64,000 nt of DNA from Mobula hypostoma (lineage: Eukaryota). The stretch's first letter is position 1. Each line of letters starts with the position of its first letter. The translations under genes were made by a program, and so were the position numbers. The stretch lies in NCBI RefSeq assembly GCF_963921235.1, contig NC_086108.1, forward strand, positions 10,044,001 to 10,108,000, written 5' to 3'. Shown in pieces: positions 24,600 to 37,384 of this stretch. The notes beneath the pieces are model-generated. The model saw only the letters and a list, made by a program, of their open reading frames with translations. It did no database searches and was not told where the DNA came from.

Positions 24600-24983
24600 C
24601 AGTGGTTGTCAGGGTGAAGATACATCTCCGCCAAAGGAGGTATAAGGCTCTCCTTCCCTCCGTTAGCCTGTGGGTCACCCTTAGGCAAGGTGTAGCACCT
24701 ACTTGGTCCCTCACACCTCACCACCTCCCCACCCCTCCCCACCGCTCAGGATCACGTGAAGCCATGGGATCTGGTGGTGGATGGTCGTATGAGAAACTGG
24801 TGCACATCACAAGTCCTGGTTATGTGACCACTGACGCCAGGCAGACAATCTCTGAAGAGTATTGAGAATGGCTGGGGTCAACCATCTTGCAAAGACACTG
24901 CCCAGAAAAGGGAGATGGCAAACCATGATCATGGAAAGACCATGATCGCCCACATCGTACGACATGGCACATGATGATGATGA
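24600..24983 (+). mobile_element. RTE-related SINE-like element with (GAT)n tail
   Basis: GACACTGCCCAGAA..ATGGCAAACCA motif and TGATGATGATGA tail; antisense copy at ~37690-37860 plus 39014-39080. Confidence 0.6.
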
Positions 24984-25479
24984 GGCTGAATACACTGTGA
25001 CCATGTTATTCAGTACGCCCTGTATCTAATAACATGGCCAATTCGTGGATGTTTGTGGTCTTCTGCTGTTGTTACCCATCCACTTCAAAGTTCAATGTTG
25101 TGTGTTCAGGGATGGTCTTCCATACACCACTGTCTCCTTCCTGTCAGCTTGAACCAGTCTGGCCATTCTCCTCTGTCCTCTCTCATCAATCCCTGAATAA
25201 AGAGTCAGTGGCAGGACTGGAAAGGAAGGGGGAAGAAGCCAGAAAAAGAGAGTGAGTAGGGCGAAGGGGAAGGAGTACAAGCTGGGAGGTGATAGGTGGA
25301 AATGGTAAAGGGCTGAAGAAAAACAATTTTGATAGGGTAGGAGAGTGGACCATTGGAGAAATGGGACCTCGTGCTATACTAAGGTAGTGATTAGGGTTCA
25401 AGAACTGAATGGCTGAAGGGAAATAGCCTTTTCTGAACTTGATGTGGTTGGACTTCAGGCTTCTGTACCATCGCAGTAA

Positions 25480-25770
25480 CACAAACAGAATGCTGGAGGA
25501 ACTCAGAAGGCTAGGCAGCATCTATGAAAAACAGTCATCATTTCAGGCTGAGACACTTCTGCAGGACTGAGGAGGAAAGGGGGAAGATGCCAGAATAAAA
25601 AGGTGGGGGGAGGGGAAGGAGGCTAGCTGGAAGGTTGTGGGTGAAGCCGGGTGGGTAGGAAAGCTAAAGGGCTGGAGAGTGGACCATAGGAGAAAGAGAA
25701 GGAGGAGAGGACCCAAAGGTATGTGATAGGCCGGTGAGAAGAAGTGAAAAGTCAGAATAGAGGAGGGGAG
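25480..25770 (-). mobile_element. Penelope-like pseudo-LTR with mutated hammerhead core (CUGCAGA)
   Basis: Reverse complement CAGTCCTGCAGAAGTGTCTCAGCCTGAAATGATGACTG. Confidence 0.75.
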
Positions 25771-26699
25771 GCCCATTCTCCCAATCTGTCTGTCTTTCTG
25801 CATAGTTTCTGCTTCCTCAGTACCACTTGTGTTTCCAACTATCTCCGTATCATTCGTGAACTTGGCCACAAAGCCAACAGTTCCATCATACAGATTATTG
25901 TCACATAACAAGTGGTTGCCACAGGGACACCTGGGGAACACCACTAGTCACAGGTAGCCAAGCAGAATAGGCCTCCTTTATTCCCATTCTTTTCCTCCTG
26001 CCAGTTATCCCATCTTCTATCCGTGTGGGTATCTTTCCTGTCATACCATGAGTTCGACATTGAGATGCTGCCACATGATTGGCTGATTAGATATTTGTAT
26101 TAATGAGCTGGTGTACAGGTGTACCTAATAAAGTGGCCACTGAGTGTGTGTGTTGCTTTGCGACAGCAGGATGGCGCAAGAAATCAAACTTACTAAAAGA
26201 CAAAACATAGAACTGTCCAGCACAGTACAGTCCTTTATTCAAAGTTAAAGAATTTCAGGACATATGCTGGTGATATTAAACTGATTCTCATTCAGTCTTC
26301 TTCAGGGATCAGACAGTTACCAAGGCCTTGCTGAAGTATTCCTGCTTTGATTGGTTTGTCTGACAGGGCAAGTTCAGGTCATTTAAAAGTTCAAAGTGAA
26401 TTTACTATCGAAGTACATGTACATTATACAACCTTGAGATTTGTCGCCTTACAAGTAGTCACACCACAGCTCTCAGTTTAGGTGGATGGGCCTCGATTCT
26501 GCCTCTCCTCCGCTCTACCTGCCTGGACTTTGCCTAGAATATGTCTCGACCTCACCCTAACCTCACCTCGCACCCTCACACTTGTCCCCCCGCCAACCCC
26601 CCCGACCCAGCCTTGCTTTTGCTCACCTCTTCATTATTTGTGGAACCATTGACCATAATTTTTTGCAGAAAAAGTTTTTTGCAGAGAAGTACTTAGTTG

Positions 26700-27180
26700 C
26701 AAACACGAGTAAGTCTGCAGATGTTGGAAATCCAGAGCAACACACACAAAATGCTGGAGGAACTCAGCAGGTCAGGCAGCTTCCATGAAAAAGAGTAGAC
26801 AGTCGACATTTCAGACCGAGACCTGTCTTCAGGACTGGAAAGGAAGGGGGAAGATGCCAGAATAAAAAGATGGGGTGAGGGTATGGAGGCTAACAAGAAG
26901 GTAACAGGTGAAGACAGGTGGGTGTGAAAGATAAAGGTCCGGAGAGGAAAGAGTCTGACTGGAGAGGAGAACGGACAATAAGAGAAACGGAAAAAGGAGG
27001 GGACCTGGGGGAAGTAATAAGCGAGTGGGAAGAAGTGAAATGTCTGAGTCGGGAATAGAGGTGGGGGGTGGAGGACGTTCGTTCACTGGATGAAGAAATG
27101 GATATTCGTGCCATTAAGTTGGAGGCTACCCAGATGGAATATAAGGTGTTGCTCCTCCACCCTGAGGGTGGCCTCATCTT
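26700..27180 (-). mobile_element. Penelope-like 3' end (GIY-YIG tail plus pseudo-LTR)
   Basis: Antisense GATGAGGCCACCCTCAGGGTGGAGGAGCAACACCTTATATTCC..GGGTAGCCTCCAAC. Confidence 0.85.
26800..26837 (-). ncRNA. Minimal type I hammerhead ribozyme motif
   Basis: CAGUC-CUGAAGA-C-AGGU(CUCG)GUCU-GAAA-U-GUC-GACUG. Confidence 0.78.
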
Positions 27181-27392
27181 GACAGAACTGCTTGTGGCAG
27201 ATGGTGCAGAGATGAACGACGAGGCAGTCCTGCCCAGTAATAGCTGACAATTTGGCATGTTACAGATGGTGGGAATATTTGCTGATGGGTTTTACCTTCT
27301 TTAGGCTATACCTCCTGTAGATATGACCAATAGTGGGGAGGGGTGCACACTTAGTGTGTTTACATGGGAATTTAAGCCAGCATTACTTATTC

Positions 27393-28010
27393 TTCAAAGT
27401 TCAAATTACATTGATTTCTTAAGTACACATATATTATACAACCTTGAGATTCATCTCCTTACAGACAGCCACAAAACAAGGAATGTAAAAGAACCCATAA
27501 AAAAAATCTGACAAACACCCAGTGCGCAGAGAGAGAAACAAAATGAATTGTGCCAACAATAAAAGTAAGCAAATAGTATTTAGATCGAGGTTAGCTCTCA
27601 GACACAGAGCCTGAAGCAGGCCCAAGGCCTTGGCCTTAGTTCGGCAGATAGCCGAGTAAACATCGTGGAATCCACCGACATGAAGCCTCAGCCTCAGCGC
27701 AGTGAAGAGCAGAGTAAACGTTGCAAGGCAGCGAGCAGGACCAGTCTGGCCCTTGCCTCTGGTCCCAACACCCTGTCTTTTCAATCCATCTGGCCTGGCA
27801 TTTAAATTGTCCAAACATCAGGTCATTCCTCACACTGGGACCTTGGCCCTGTCACAGCGATATGCTCTGGGCCTGGACCCCACTGCCACATGTCGGCTCA
27901 TACCCGTCCTCTCCAAAGCGGCCTGGCATTTGGATCGATGCGCCCTTGCTCTCGGTTTAAGTGGATGGCCTCCGAATCTACCTCTCCTCCTTTTCTCCAC
28001 TCCGCGCTCC
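27393..28010 (-). mobile_element. Rex1-tailed non-coding element, family Y (single-unit form)
   Basis: Collinear with 59553-61480; related fragment at 26385-26690. Confidence 0.75.
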
Positions 28011-28935
28011 TGGTGACCGCGACTCCTCGTCTGTGGATAGCGCCTGAACAGTTTGTCAGCAGGCTGAGCTGATGGGATGGTTAGTGACAAGATGGTGAAG
28101 AGGTACACTAGAGTTAGCTCAGGGTTAGCTGACTACAACTGACAGAGAGTAGGGGGTTGAAACAGAGCCAGGATAGACGAAATGTCAGACTATTTTAGAA
28201 TTATGTAGAGATTATCGCAAAGTGATTAATGTGAAGAGACAGTGGGTAGAACAATCAAGTAAGTATGACATTACACAGAAAAACACAGAGCAAGATGTTC
28301 AATACAGCAAGGCAGATAGCCACAGATAATAACCACAGCCCCTGGGATGTAAAACAATTGCACCCAAGATAACAATTGTGTGCGCGAAGGAGAGAGTTTA
28401 AATAAGAGATAGTCACTGTGATGGGTGATATGCGCTTGCAACAGCCTACAATCCTGCTGGTTCTGATTACAATGGGTCTTGGGCAGGAGAATGTATTGAG
28501 GGAGCTTCTGTGAGAGGTGAGATTAAAAAGTATTGCTGATTCACCTTGCAGGCTGGGAATCTCCTCTCCACCCATTCCTCCTCTCCCGGACAGAGGAAAG
28601 ACAACACTCCTCACTCTCTTTATGACCCTGTCTGCACACATAGAGAGCTTTTGGCACATTGGCCTTCATAAATCAAAGAACTGAGTGCAGACCCTGGAAT
28701 GCTGAAATTGTATAAGACGATTTCAGGAACAGATTCTTCCCCTCTGCTGTCCGATTTCTGAACGGACATTGATCCCATGAACACTACCTCACTAACCTTT
28801 TTGCACTACTTACTTAATTTAACGAGTTAATATATATACTTACTGCAATTCACAGTTTATTTTCCCTGTCACTGTGTATTGCGTTGTACTGCTGCCACAA
28901 GATCAACAAACTTCACAATATATGCCAACGATATT

Positions 28936-29105
28936 AAGCAACACACATCAAAGTTGCTGGTGAACGCAGCAGGCCTGACGGAGGGTCTCGGCCTGAAACG
29001 TCGACTGTACCTCTTCCTAGAGATGCTGCCTGGCCTGCTGCGTTCACCAGCAACTTTGATGTGTGTTGCTTGAATTTCCAGCATCTGCAGAATTCCTCAT
29101 GTTTC
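28936..29105 (+). mobile_element. Short Penelope-like insertion with an inverted 5' segment and a hammerhead motif
   Basis: Perfect 40-bp inverted repeat 28936-28975 / 29032-29071 around CTGACGGAGGGTCTCGGCCTGAAACGTCGACTG; interrupts a Rex1 3' tail. Confidence 0.85.
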
Positions 29106-29829
29106 CGATGATACTAAACTTGATTCTCACGTTGATAAGGCCTAGTTTGGAGTATTGTGTGCAATTCTGGTCAACTACCTACAGGAAATATATAAACATT
29201 ATTAAAAGAGTGCAGAGAAAATTTAAGACCATAAGACATACGGGAAAAATTAGGCCATTTGGCCCTTTGAGTCAGCTTCACCTTTCCATCATGATTGATT
29301 TATTATCCGTCTCAACCCCATTCTCCTGTTTTCTCCCTGTAACCTTTGCACCCTGATTAAGCAAGAACCTATCAATCTCTGACTTAAATATATAAACAAT
29401 GAACTGGTCTTCACAGCCACCTATGGCAATGAATTCTGCAGGTTTACCACCCTTGGGCTAAGGAAATGTTTCCTCATTTCTGTTCGAAGTGGACATCCCT
29501 CAATTCTGAGACCTCTGGTCCTAGACTCCCCTACCAAAGGAAGCATCTTCTCCTTGTCCACTCTATCGAGGCCTTTCAATATTCAATAGATTTCAATGAG
29601 ATCTCCCCCCTCTCCCCCTTATTCTTCTTAAACTCCAGTGAGTACAGGCTGGAGCCCTCAAACGCTCCTCATATGTTAACCCTTTCATTCCTGGGATCAT
29701 TCTTGTGAACTTCCTCTAGATGCTCTCCAATGCCAACACATTGTTCCTCAGATAATGGGCCCAAAACTGCTCACAATCCTCTATGTGTGGTCTGACCAAT
29801 GCCTTATAAAGCGTCGGCATTACATTTGC

Positions 29830-30390
29830 CAACAGTGGAACTTCCCGGTGGCCATGCATTTTAATTACAGCTCCTATTCCCTTTCCAACATGTTGATCCA
29901 TGGCCTCCTCTTGTGCCAAGATGAGGCCACGCTCAGGGTGGAGGAGCAACACCTTGTATTCCAACTGGGTAGCCTCCAACTTGATGGCATGAATATCGAT
30001 TTCGCCTTTGTGGTAATTATCTTCCCTCCCCTTCTCCTATTCCTCTATTCACCACTCTGGCCTTTTACCTCTTCTCATCTGCCCATACTTCCCCTGGGCC
30101 CCCTCCTCCTTCCTTTTCTCCCATAGTCCACTCCCCTCTCCTATCAGATTCCTTTCTCTCCGCCCCTTGACCTTTCCCATCCAGCTGGCTTCAGTTATCA
30201 CCTTCCAGCTAGCCTCCTCCCTCTCCCCCTCCCAGCTTTTCATTCTGTTGACTTTCTCCTTCCTTCTCAGTCCTGAAGAAGGGTACCGGCCTGAAATGTC
30301 GGCTGTTTATTCCTTTCTATGGATGCTGCCTGACTTGTTGAATTTTGTGTGTGTTGCCTAGGATTCCAGCATCTGCAGACTTTCTTGTGT
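29830..30390 (+). mobile_element. Penelope-like 3' end (GIY-YIG C-terminus plus pseudo-LTR)
   Basis: FPVAMHFN..SLSNMLIHGLLLCQDEATLRVEEQHLVFQLGSLQLDGMNIDF. Confidence 0.88.
30268..30305 (+). ncRNA. Minimal type I hammerhead ribozyme motif
   Basis: CAGUC-CUGAAGA-A-GGGU(ACCG)GCCU-GAAA-U-GUC-GGCUG. Confidence 0.78.
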
Positions 30391-32683
30391 ATATAATAAG
30401 CATTACATTCTTGCTTTTGTACTCTAGTTCTCTCGAAATGAATGCTAAACATTGCATTTGCTTTCTTCACCACTGAATGAGCCTGGAAGTTAACCTTTAG
30501 TGAATCCTGCACAAGGAGCCTTTGCACCTCTGATTTTTGAACTTTCTCCCTAATTAGAAAGTAGTCCATAGTTTATTCCATCCGCCAAAGTGCAAGTCCA
30601 TAACTTCCCTCCTCTGTATTCCATTTGCCACTTCTTTGCCTATTCCCTCAATCTGTCTAAGTCCTTCTGCAGACACCCTGCTATCTCAGTACTACCTGCC
30701 TCCCATCTATCTTTGTATCGTCTAAAAACCTGGCCACAAAGTAATCAATTCCTTCATCAAAATCATTGACATACAACGTGAAAAGAAGCCGTCCCATACC
30801 AGCCCCTCTGGAACACCACTAGTCACTGGTAGCCTACCAGAAAAGGCCTCCTATCAGTCAGCCAGTATTCTATCCATACTAGTACCTTTCCTGTAATACC
30901 ATGGGCTTTTATCTTGTTAAGCGGCCTTGTGTGTGGCATCTTGTCAAAGGCATTCTGAAAATCCAAATAAACAACATCCACTGACTCTCCTTTGTCTATT
31001 CTGCCTGTTATTTCCTCAAAAAATTCCAACAGATTTGTCAGGCAAGATTTCCCCATGCTTACTTTGGCTTATTTTGACATTTGCAATTTTCCAGCCCTCT
31101 GGAACCATGCCAGAATCTGTTGATTCTTGAAAGATCATTACTAATGCGTCAACAGTCTCTTAAACTACACCTTTCAGAACCCTGGGGTGCAGTCCATCAG
31201 GTCCAGGTGACATATCTAGCTTCAGACTTTTCAGTTTCCCAAGCATCTTCTTAATAATAGCAACTTCACTCACTCCTGCCCCTTGCCACTCTTGAACTTC
31301 CAGCATACTGCTAGTGTCTTTCACAGTGAAGACTGATGCAAAATACTTGTTCAGTTGGTCCGCCGTTTCCTTGTCCCCATTACTATCTCTCTAGGGTCAT
31401 TTTCCAGCAGTCTGACTTTCAACCTTGTCAGTCTGTTTACACTTTATGTACCTGAAAAAGGGTATCATTTATGATATTATTGGCTAGCTTACCCTCATAT
31501 TTCATCTTTTTCTCCTTTATTGTGTTTTTAGTTGCATTCTGTTGATTTTTAAAAATTTCCCTATTGTTGAACTTCTCACAGATTTTTGCTCTATCATATG
31601 GTTTATGGCCTATTTGCTTTAATGTTGGCTTTGACTTCTCTTGTCAGCCACAGTTGAATCAACCTGCCTTTAGATTACTTCCATTTTTAGGATATATCTA
31701 TCCTGCACCTTCTGAATTGTTGCCAGAAACTCCAGCCATTGCTGCTCTGTCGTCATCCCTGTGAGTGGCCCTTTCCAATAAACTTGGGCCAGCTCCTCTC
31801 TCATGCCTCTATAATTCCTTTTACTCCACTATAATATTAATGCATCTGACCTTAGCTTCCCCCTCTCAAACTGCAGGGTGAATTCTATCGTATTCTAACA
31901 CTGTTACTTAAGGGTTCTATTAACTTCAGCTCCTTAACCATATCCAGTTTATTATACAACACCCAGTCTGGAATTGCCTCGAGTGGGCTCAACCACAAGC
32001 TGCTCCAAAAAGCCATCTTGGAAGCATTCTACAAATTAGCTCTTTTGGGATCCAGCAACAATTTGATTTTTCCCATCTGCCAGCATATTGAAAGTTAGTC
32101 CCATGACTAATGCAACATTGCCTTTTTGACGTGCTTTTTCTACCTCCCATTGTAATTTGTAGCCCACATCCTGGCTACTGTCCAAAGGCCTGCCTATACC
32201 TCCCACCAGAGTCTTCCTACCCTTGCAGTTTCTTAACTCTACTTACAAGGATTCTACATCTTCTGATCCTATGTCACCTCCTTCTAAAGATTGGATTTCA
32301 ATTTTTACCAGCAGAGCCTCTGCCCAGCTGCCTGCCCTTTCAATAGATAGTGTACCCTTGGATATTGAGCTCCCAACTATAATCGTCTTTCAGCCATGAC
32401 TCTGTGATACCTGCCAATCTCCAACTGCGCTACAAGATCTTATTTCATACACTGAGTGCATTCAAATATAAGATCTTCATTCCTGTATTTGTCACCCTTT
32501 TAAATTTTGCCCTCCTTTTACACTGCAACCTATCCCACTGACTGTAATTTTGCCAACATCCCTATCCCCAGCCCTATCATTCTGGTTCCCATCCCCCTAC
32601 CAAATTACTTTAAATCCTCCTGAACAGCTCCAGAAAACCTGCTGGCAAGGATATTGATCAGCCTTAGGTTCAGGTGTAGACTG

Positions 32684-34274
32684 CAGGTTTCCCCTGCCAT
32701 CCGACGGTAGAGCATTCCTATGAAACGGTTCGTAAGCCGAAATGTCATAAAGCAAAGAAGCAATTACCATTTATTTATATGGGAAAATTTTGTGAGAGTT
32801 CGCAGACCCAAAAATAACTTACCAAATCATGCCAAATAACACATAAAACCTAAAATAACAGTAACATATAGTAAAAGCAGGAATGATATGATAAATACAC
32901 AGCCGATATAAAGTAGAAATACTTTTCGACAATCATTACTGAACTGTTCTCCGCAGCGAAAATCTCACGCAAGCGCCGTCGGCAGAAAATCTCATGCAAG
33001 CGCTGTTGGCAAAAACATGGCGCAAGCACTCTCCAGTAACTTTAAGCTATGAAGCTGCCAAATCATACCAGATAACACGTAAAAATACACAGCCGATAAA
33101 AAGTAGAAATAATGTATGTACAGTGTAGTATCACTTACGGGAATCAGGAAGACAGCGCCAAGCACACTGATGATGGGGTGCAGTGGCCCCCACTCTCCAG
33201 GTCGCCGACCCGATACATTGCCGCGAAGCACGCAGGAGTCCAGCGGTAGCCGGGAGGCACACAGCACATCTTTAAGAAAACATCCAAAAAAAACGTGCTA
33301 ATTAATTAGGTGCCACCCGGCACATAATTGTCAGTCCAGATCAGAGCCGATTTCCGATTGCGTCGTCTCTGATCTGGGCCGACAATTACGTGTCGGCGGC
33401 ACCTAATTAATTAGCATGTTTATTTCGGCTTTTTTCTTAAAGATGTGCTGTGTGCCTCCTGGCTACAGCTGCATTCTCCGCGAATCGGTATCTGTCTGTG
33501 GCCTGGGGGTTGGGGTGGTGGGATACTGGGGCGTCGGGTTGGTGGGACACTGGGGTGTCATCTCGTTGTCTGTTTCCATTAGAGCAGGCAGCTCATCTTC
33601 TCCTATCTCTGCCCGCCTCGATGTCGAAGGTCGAGGTTCGTCGACTGCTGTGGCTGATGTGGAAGGCTTGCTTGACTGCTGATCCTCGCGCATTTTTCTA
33701 TCATACAGTTCTTTGTAAGCACTCAAACCATCCTGCAAATATCCCCTAAACCTACGTACTCTTTCAAAATTAAAGTCGTACTTTATCATTACTCATTCGG
33801 TTTCGATTGTTATCCTTTCCTCTTCCAATTGCATCAGCTCTTCATCTGTCAGTTCTTGGTTATGGGATACCAAAACCTCTTCAACATCATGTTCGTCAGC
33901 TTCCACAAGCCAAACTCACTTTGTCCTTACTTAGTTCACCACGATCAAAGCGCTTAATTATGTCTAGTTTTATGCTAAATGTAACACCCCTACGAGCTCT
34001 TTTAGGCTTTTCCGATACCTTAGAACTCATCTTGCAAATGGCTGCTCACAGGTATGTGTTTGAGCAATGCCGGTGAGAATGCAGTTCCAAATCCGGGGGA
34101 GTGTGGCTGCTTGGGGCGCGCGCTGCCTTTTTTCGTGCGCTGATTTTTTTCCGCGCGCTGATTTTTTTCGTAACAGTGAAAGCACCTTCTGAAAGCGAAA
34201 ACAGGGTACTAATGTAAGTCTTTTGTAACAGTGAGGTTTCGTAAAGCGAACATTCGAAAAGCAGGGGACACCTG
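32684..34274 (-). mobile_element. Internally deleted Tigger/pogo (Tc1/mariner superfamily) DNA transposon
   Basis: TIRs CAGGTTTCCCCTGC / GCAGGGGACACCTG; TA on the right (TG on the left); minus-strand ATG 34030 MSSKVSEKPKRARRGVTFSIKLDIIKRFDRGE joined to C-terminal EADEHDVEEVLVSHNQELTDEELMQLEE..FNFERVRRF..AYKELY; DDE core missing. Confidence 0.88.
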
Positions 34275-34842
34275 TATCCCTTTTGATCAAGTCCTATCTT
34301 TCCCAGAGGAGATCTCAGTGATCCTAAAATCTGAAACCCTACCCCCTGCAACAGTTTCTCAAACATCCATTCATCTCCCAGATCATCCCATTTGTATCCT
34401 CACTGGCACGTGGGACAGGCAGCAATCCAGAGAATGTTATTCCGGAGATCCTGCTTTTCAACTTTCTGCCTAACTCTCTAAATTCTCTCTTTAGGATCGC
34501 CTCCCTTTTACTTCCTATTTCATTGGTACCAAAGTGTACCATGTCCCACTGCTCACCCTCCACCTTTAGAATGTCAGGGAGCCAATCTGAGATGTCCTTG
34601 ACCCTGGCACCTGGAGGCAGCATACCATCTGGGTCTCTCTATCGCATCCACCGACTTTCCTACCTACTCCTTTATGCAATCGCCTATCACCACCGCATTC
34701 CTCCTCTGTGCCCTTCCCTTCTGAGTTGCAGTGGCAGCACGATTGACATCCACAAAACAGAAAAAAAACCCAAAGAATGAATGACAGAAATTGTTAGATC
34801 TCTAAAGCCCTCCTTCCTCTCCGACAGACAAGTTGCAACAAG

Positions 34843-35420
34843 GCATCAACCCTCCCCTTCCCCTACCCCCTTGCTCCGACAAAGCATCAACCTTCCCCTA
34901 CCCCCTTGATCCGACAAAAGCATCAACCTTCTCCCTACCCCCTTGCTCCGACAAAGCATCAACCCTCCCCTACCCCCTTGCTCCGACAAAGCATCAACCC
35001 TCCCCTACCCCCTTGATCCGACAAAAGCATCAACCCTCCCCTACCCCCTTGATCCGACAAAGCATCAACCTTCTCCCTACCCCCTTGATCCGACAAAGCA
35101 TCAATCTTCTCCCTACCCCCTTGATCCGACAAAGCATCAACCTTCTCCCTACCCCCTTGATCCGACAAAAGCATCAACCCTCTCCTACCCCATTGATCCG
35201 ACAAAGCATCAACCTTCTCCCTACCCCCTTGATCTGACAAAGCATCAACCTTCTCCCTACCCCCTTGATCCGACAAAGCATCAACCTTCTCCCTACCCCC
35301 TTGATCCGACAAAAGCATCAACCCTCTCCTACCCCCTTGATCCGACAAAGCATCAACCTTCTCCCTACCCCCTTGATCCGACAAAAGTATCAACCCTCCC
35401 CTACCCCCTTGCTCCAGCAA
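34843..35420. repeat. Minisatellite, ~36-bp unit CAAAGCATCAACCTTCTCCCTACCCCCTTGATCCGA, ~16 copies
   Basis: Direct tandem units spaced 35-37 bp. Confidence 0.95.
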
Positions 35421-36279
35421 AACCTCCATCCAGCCACCATGTAAGCAACAGCAAACTCCCTAAAGAGACCATGATCTAGTCCATCAATAACTCCATAGCC
35501 CAATGCTCCAGTATCTCAGGCGGGCTCTCTCCCTCTAACTTTATGAGGGAGAGAGATATCACTCCTGCAACAAAGGAGAGTGGGAGTCTAGCAGCTCACT
35601 GTTTCAATGTTACAACCTACCACATTGCTTGTTGGGGTTCCCCGACTCGAGGACCAACAGACTCTCACTCACCATCAAGACAGAGAGAGAGATGGCTTGA
35701 GTGCAGGGGCCTTCTTCCATCAGGTAAATTCTCCAACATCACATCAGCATGCACAAAGCTGCTTCCATCACATCTAACCTTCAACATGACCCAGCTGAGT
35801 CGGCGATGAATGCTTCTAATAAATCTTGCAAGTCAATAGACCTCAATTTCAATCTGGATCTTTGCAATCTTAATCTTTGCAATTATAATAGGGCTGTCAA
35901 TGCAAGGGAGAAGGAAATGGATCCAAGAACGTTCTTGATTGGAGGGCGAAGACAAGCTGATCCAACTGCGAGGACGCTGAATGTCACAAATGAATCATCT
36001 TGTTGAATTCCAGGTATGGTCTGTTAACACTCAGTATTAATGACACTATACCTTCCTGTCTTGTCAAAAAAGAGACAGCAAGTGACATGTTTGGAAGCCG
36101 AGAACACTTCACATCATTCCAATCAATTGTTACAATTACAAGAAGTCATAAAAATCTGACTGCTTAAAGTTACATTGACAGTATTTACTTATCAAGGATT
36201 TCTTTGAGGGGGCTAACACCATGGCAAATATTTAAATAAAAATTAAACCTCTCTCATGTCCTGGCTACTATCATGTCCA

Positions 36280-36980
36280 TAAGACCACAACATATAGGAG
36301 CAGAATTACGCTATTTGACCCATCGAGTCTGCTCCACCATTTCATCTTGGTTGATCCACTTTCCCTTTCTGCCCTAAGCTGCTGCCTTTTCTCTGTGTCC
36401 CTTCGTGGCCTGACTAATCAAGAATCTATCAACCTCTGCTTTAAATATACCTGATGACTTGGACTCCACAGCTGCAATTAATTCCCAGATTCACCACTCT
36501 CTGAAAAGAAATTCCTCCTCATCTCCATTCAAAATAGGCATCCCTTTATTCTGAGGCTGTGTTATCTGGTTTTTGAACCCTCTTCAATGTCAACATATCC
36601 TTTCTTAGATAAGGGGCCCAAAACTGCTCACTATATTCCAAGTGAGGCCTCACCAGTGCCTTATAAAGCCTCAACATTACATCCTTGCTCACCACAGGAA
36701 ACATCCTCTCCACATTCTCTCTAACAGGATATTTCAACATTTTTAAAGGTTTCAATGAGGTCACCCTCATTCTCCTGAATTATAGTGAATAGAGGCCTAG
36801 AGCAAGTAAACACTCCTCATGTGACAAGCCTTTCAATGCTGGAATAATTTTGGTGAACCTCCTTTGAACCCTCTTCAATGTCAGCACATCCTTTCTTAGT
36901 TAGGGGGCCCAAAACTGCTCACTGTGCACCAAGTGAGGCCTCATCTGTGCCTTATAAAGCATCCTTGCTTTTATATTTTG
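36280..36980 (-). mobile_element. Rearranged CR1 3' fragments
   Basis: DVMLRLYKALVRPHLEYSEQFWAPYL appears twice in shuffled order. Confidence 0.75.
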
Positions 36981-37009
36981 GTCAATATCATAGTTTCTAT
37001 CACAGCAGT

Positions 37010-37384
37010 AGCCTCCCCAGCATTGAGAAATCTTTAAAAGGTGTTGCCTCAAAAAGCCAGCATCCACCATTAAAGGATCTCCATCAGCTAGTACATGCCC
37101 TCTCTTCATTGCTACCATCGGGAAGGAGGTACAGAAGCCTGAAAGCACACGCAATGATTCAGGAACAGCTTCTTCCCCTCTGCCATCTGATTTCTGAATG
37201 GACTTTGAACCAATCTATGAACACAACTTCTTTAATTTTTCTCTTTTTGCACTACTTACTTAATTTAATGTTTTAATATATTTATTGTAATTTATAGTTT
37301 GTGAAAATGTCTTGTATTGTACTGCTGCCACAGAATAACCAATTTCATGACACATGTCAGCGATATGAAAACTGATTCTGATTC
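37010..37384 (+). mobile_element. Rex1/Babar 3' fragment
   Basis: HALSSLLPSGRRYRSLKAH; CTGATTCTGATTC tail. Confidence 0.75.

Larger units (their letters stand above)
29225..34720 (-). mobile_element. Long degenerate CR1 LINE (3' end to ORF1 esterase), interrupted by Penelope and Tigger insertions
   Basis: GKSCLTNLLEFFEEITGRIDKGESVDVVYLDFQ; LPPGARVKDISD..VHFGTNEIG..FSGLLPVPRAS. Confidence 0.85.

Noticed and set aside
24850..24900. CUGAAGA as a hammerhead core in the RTE-related element
   Set aside because: No correctly placed GAAA and NUH with closing helices.
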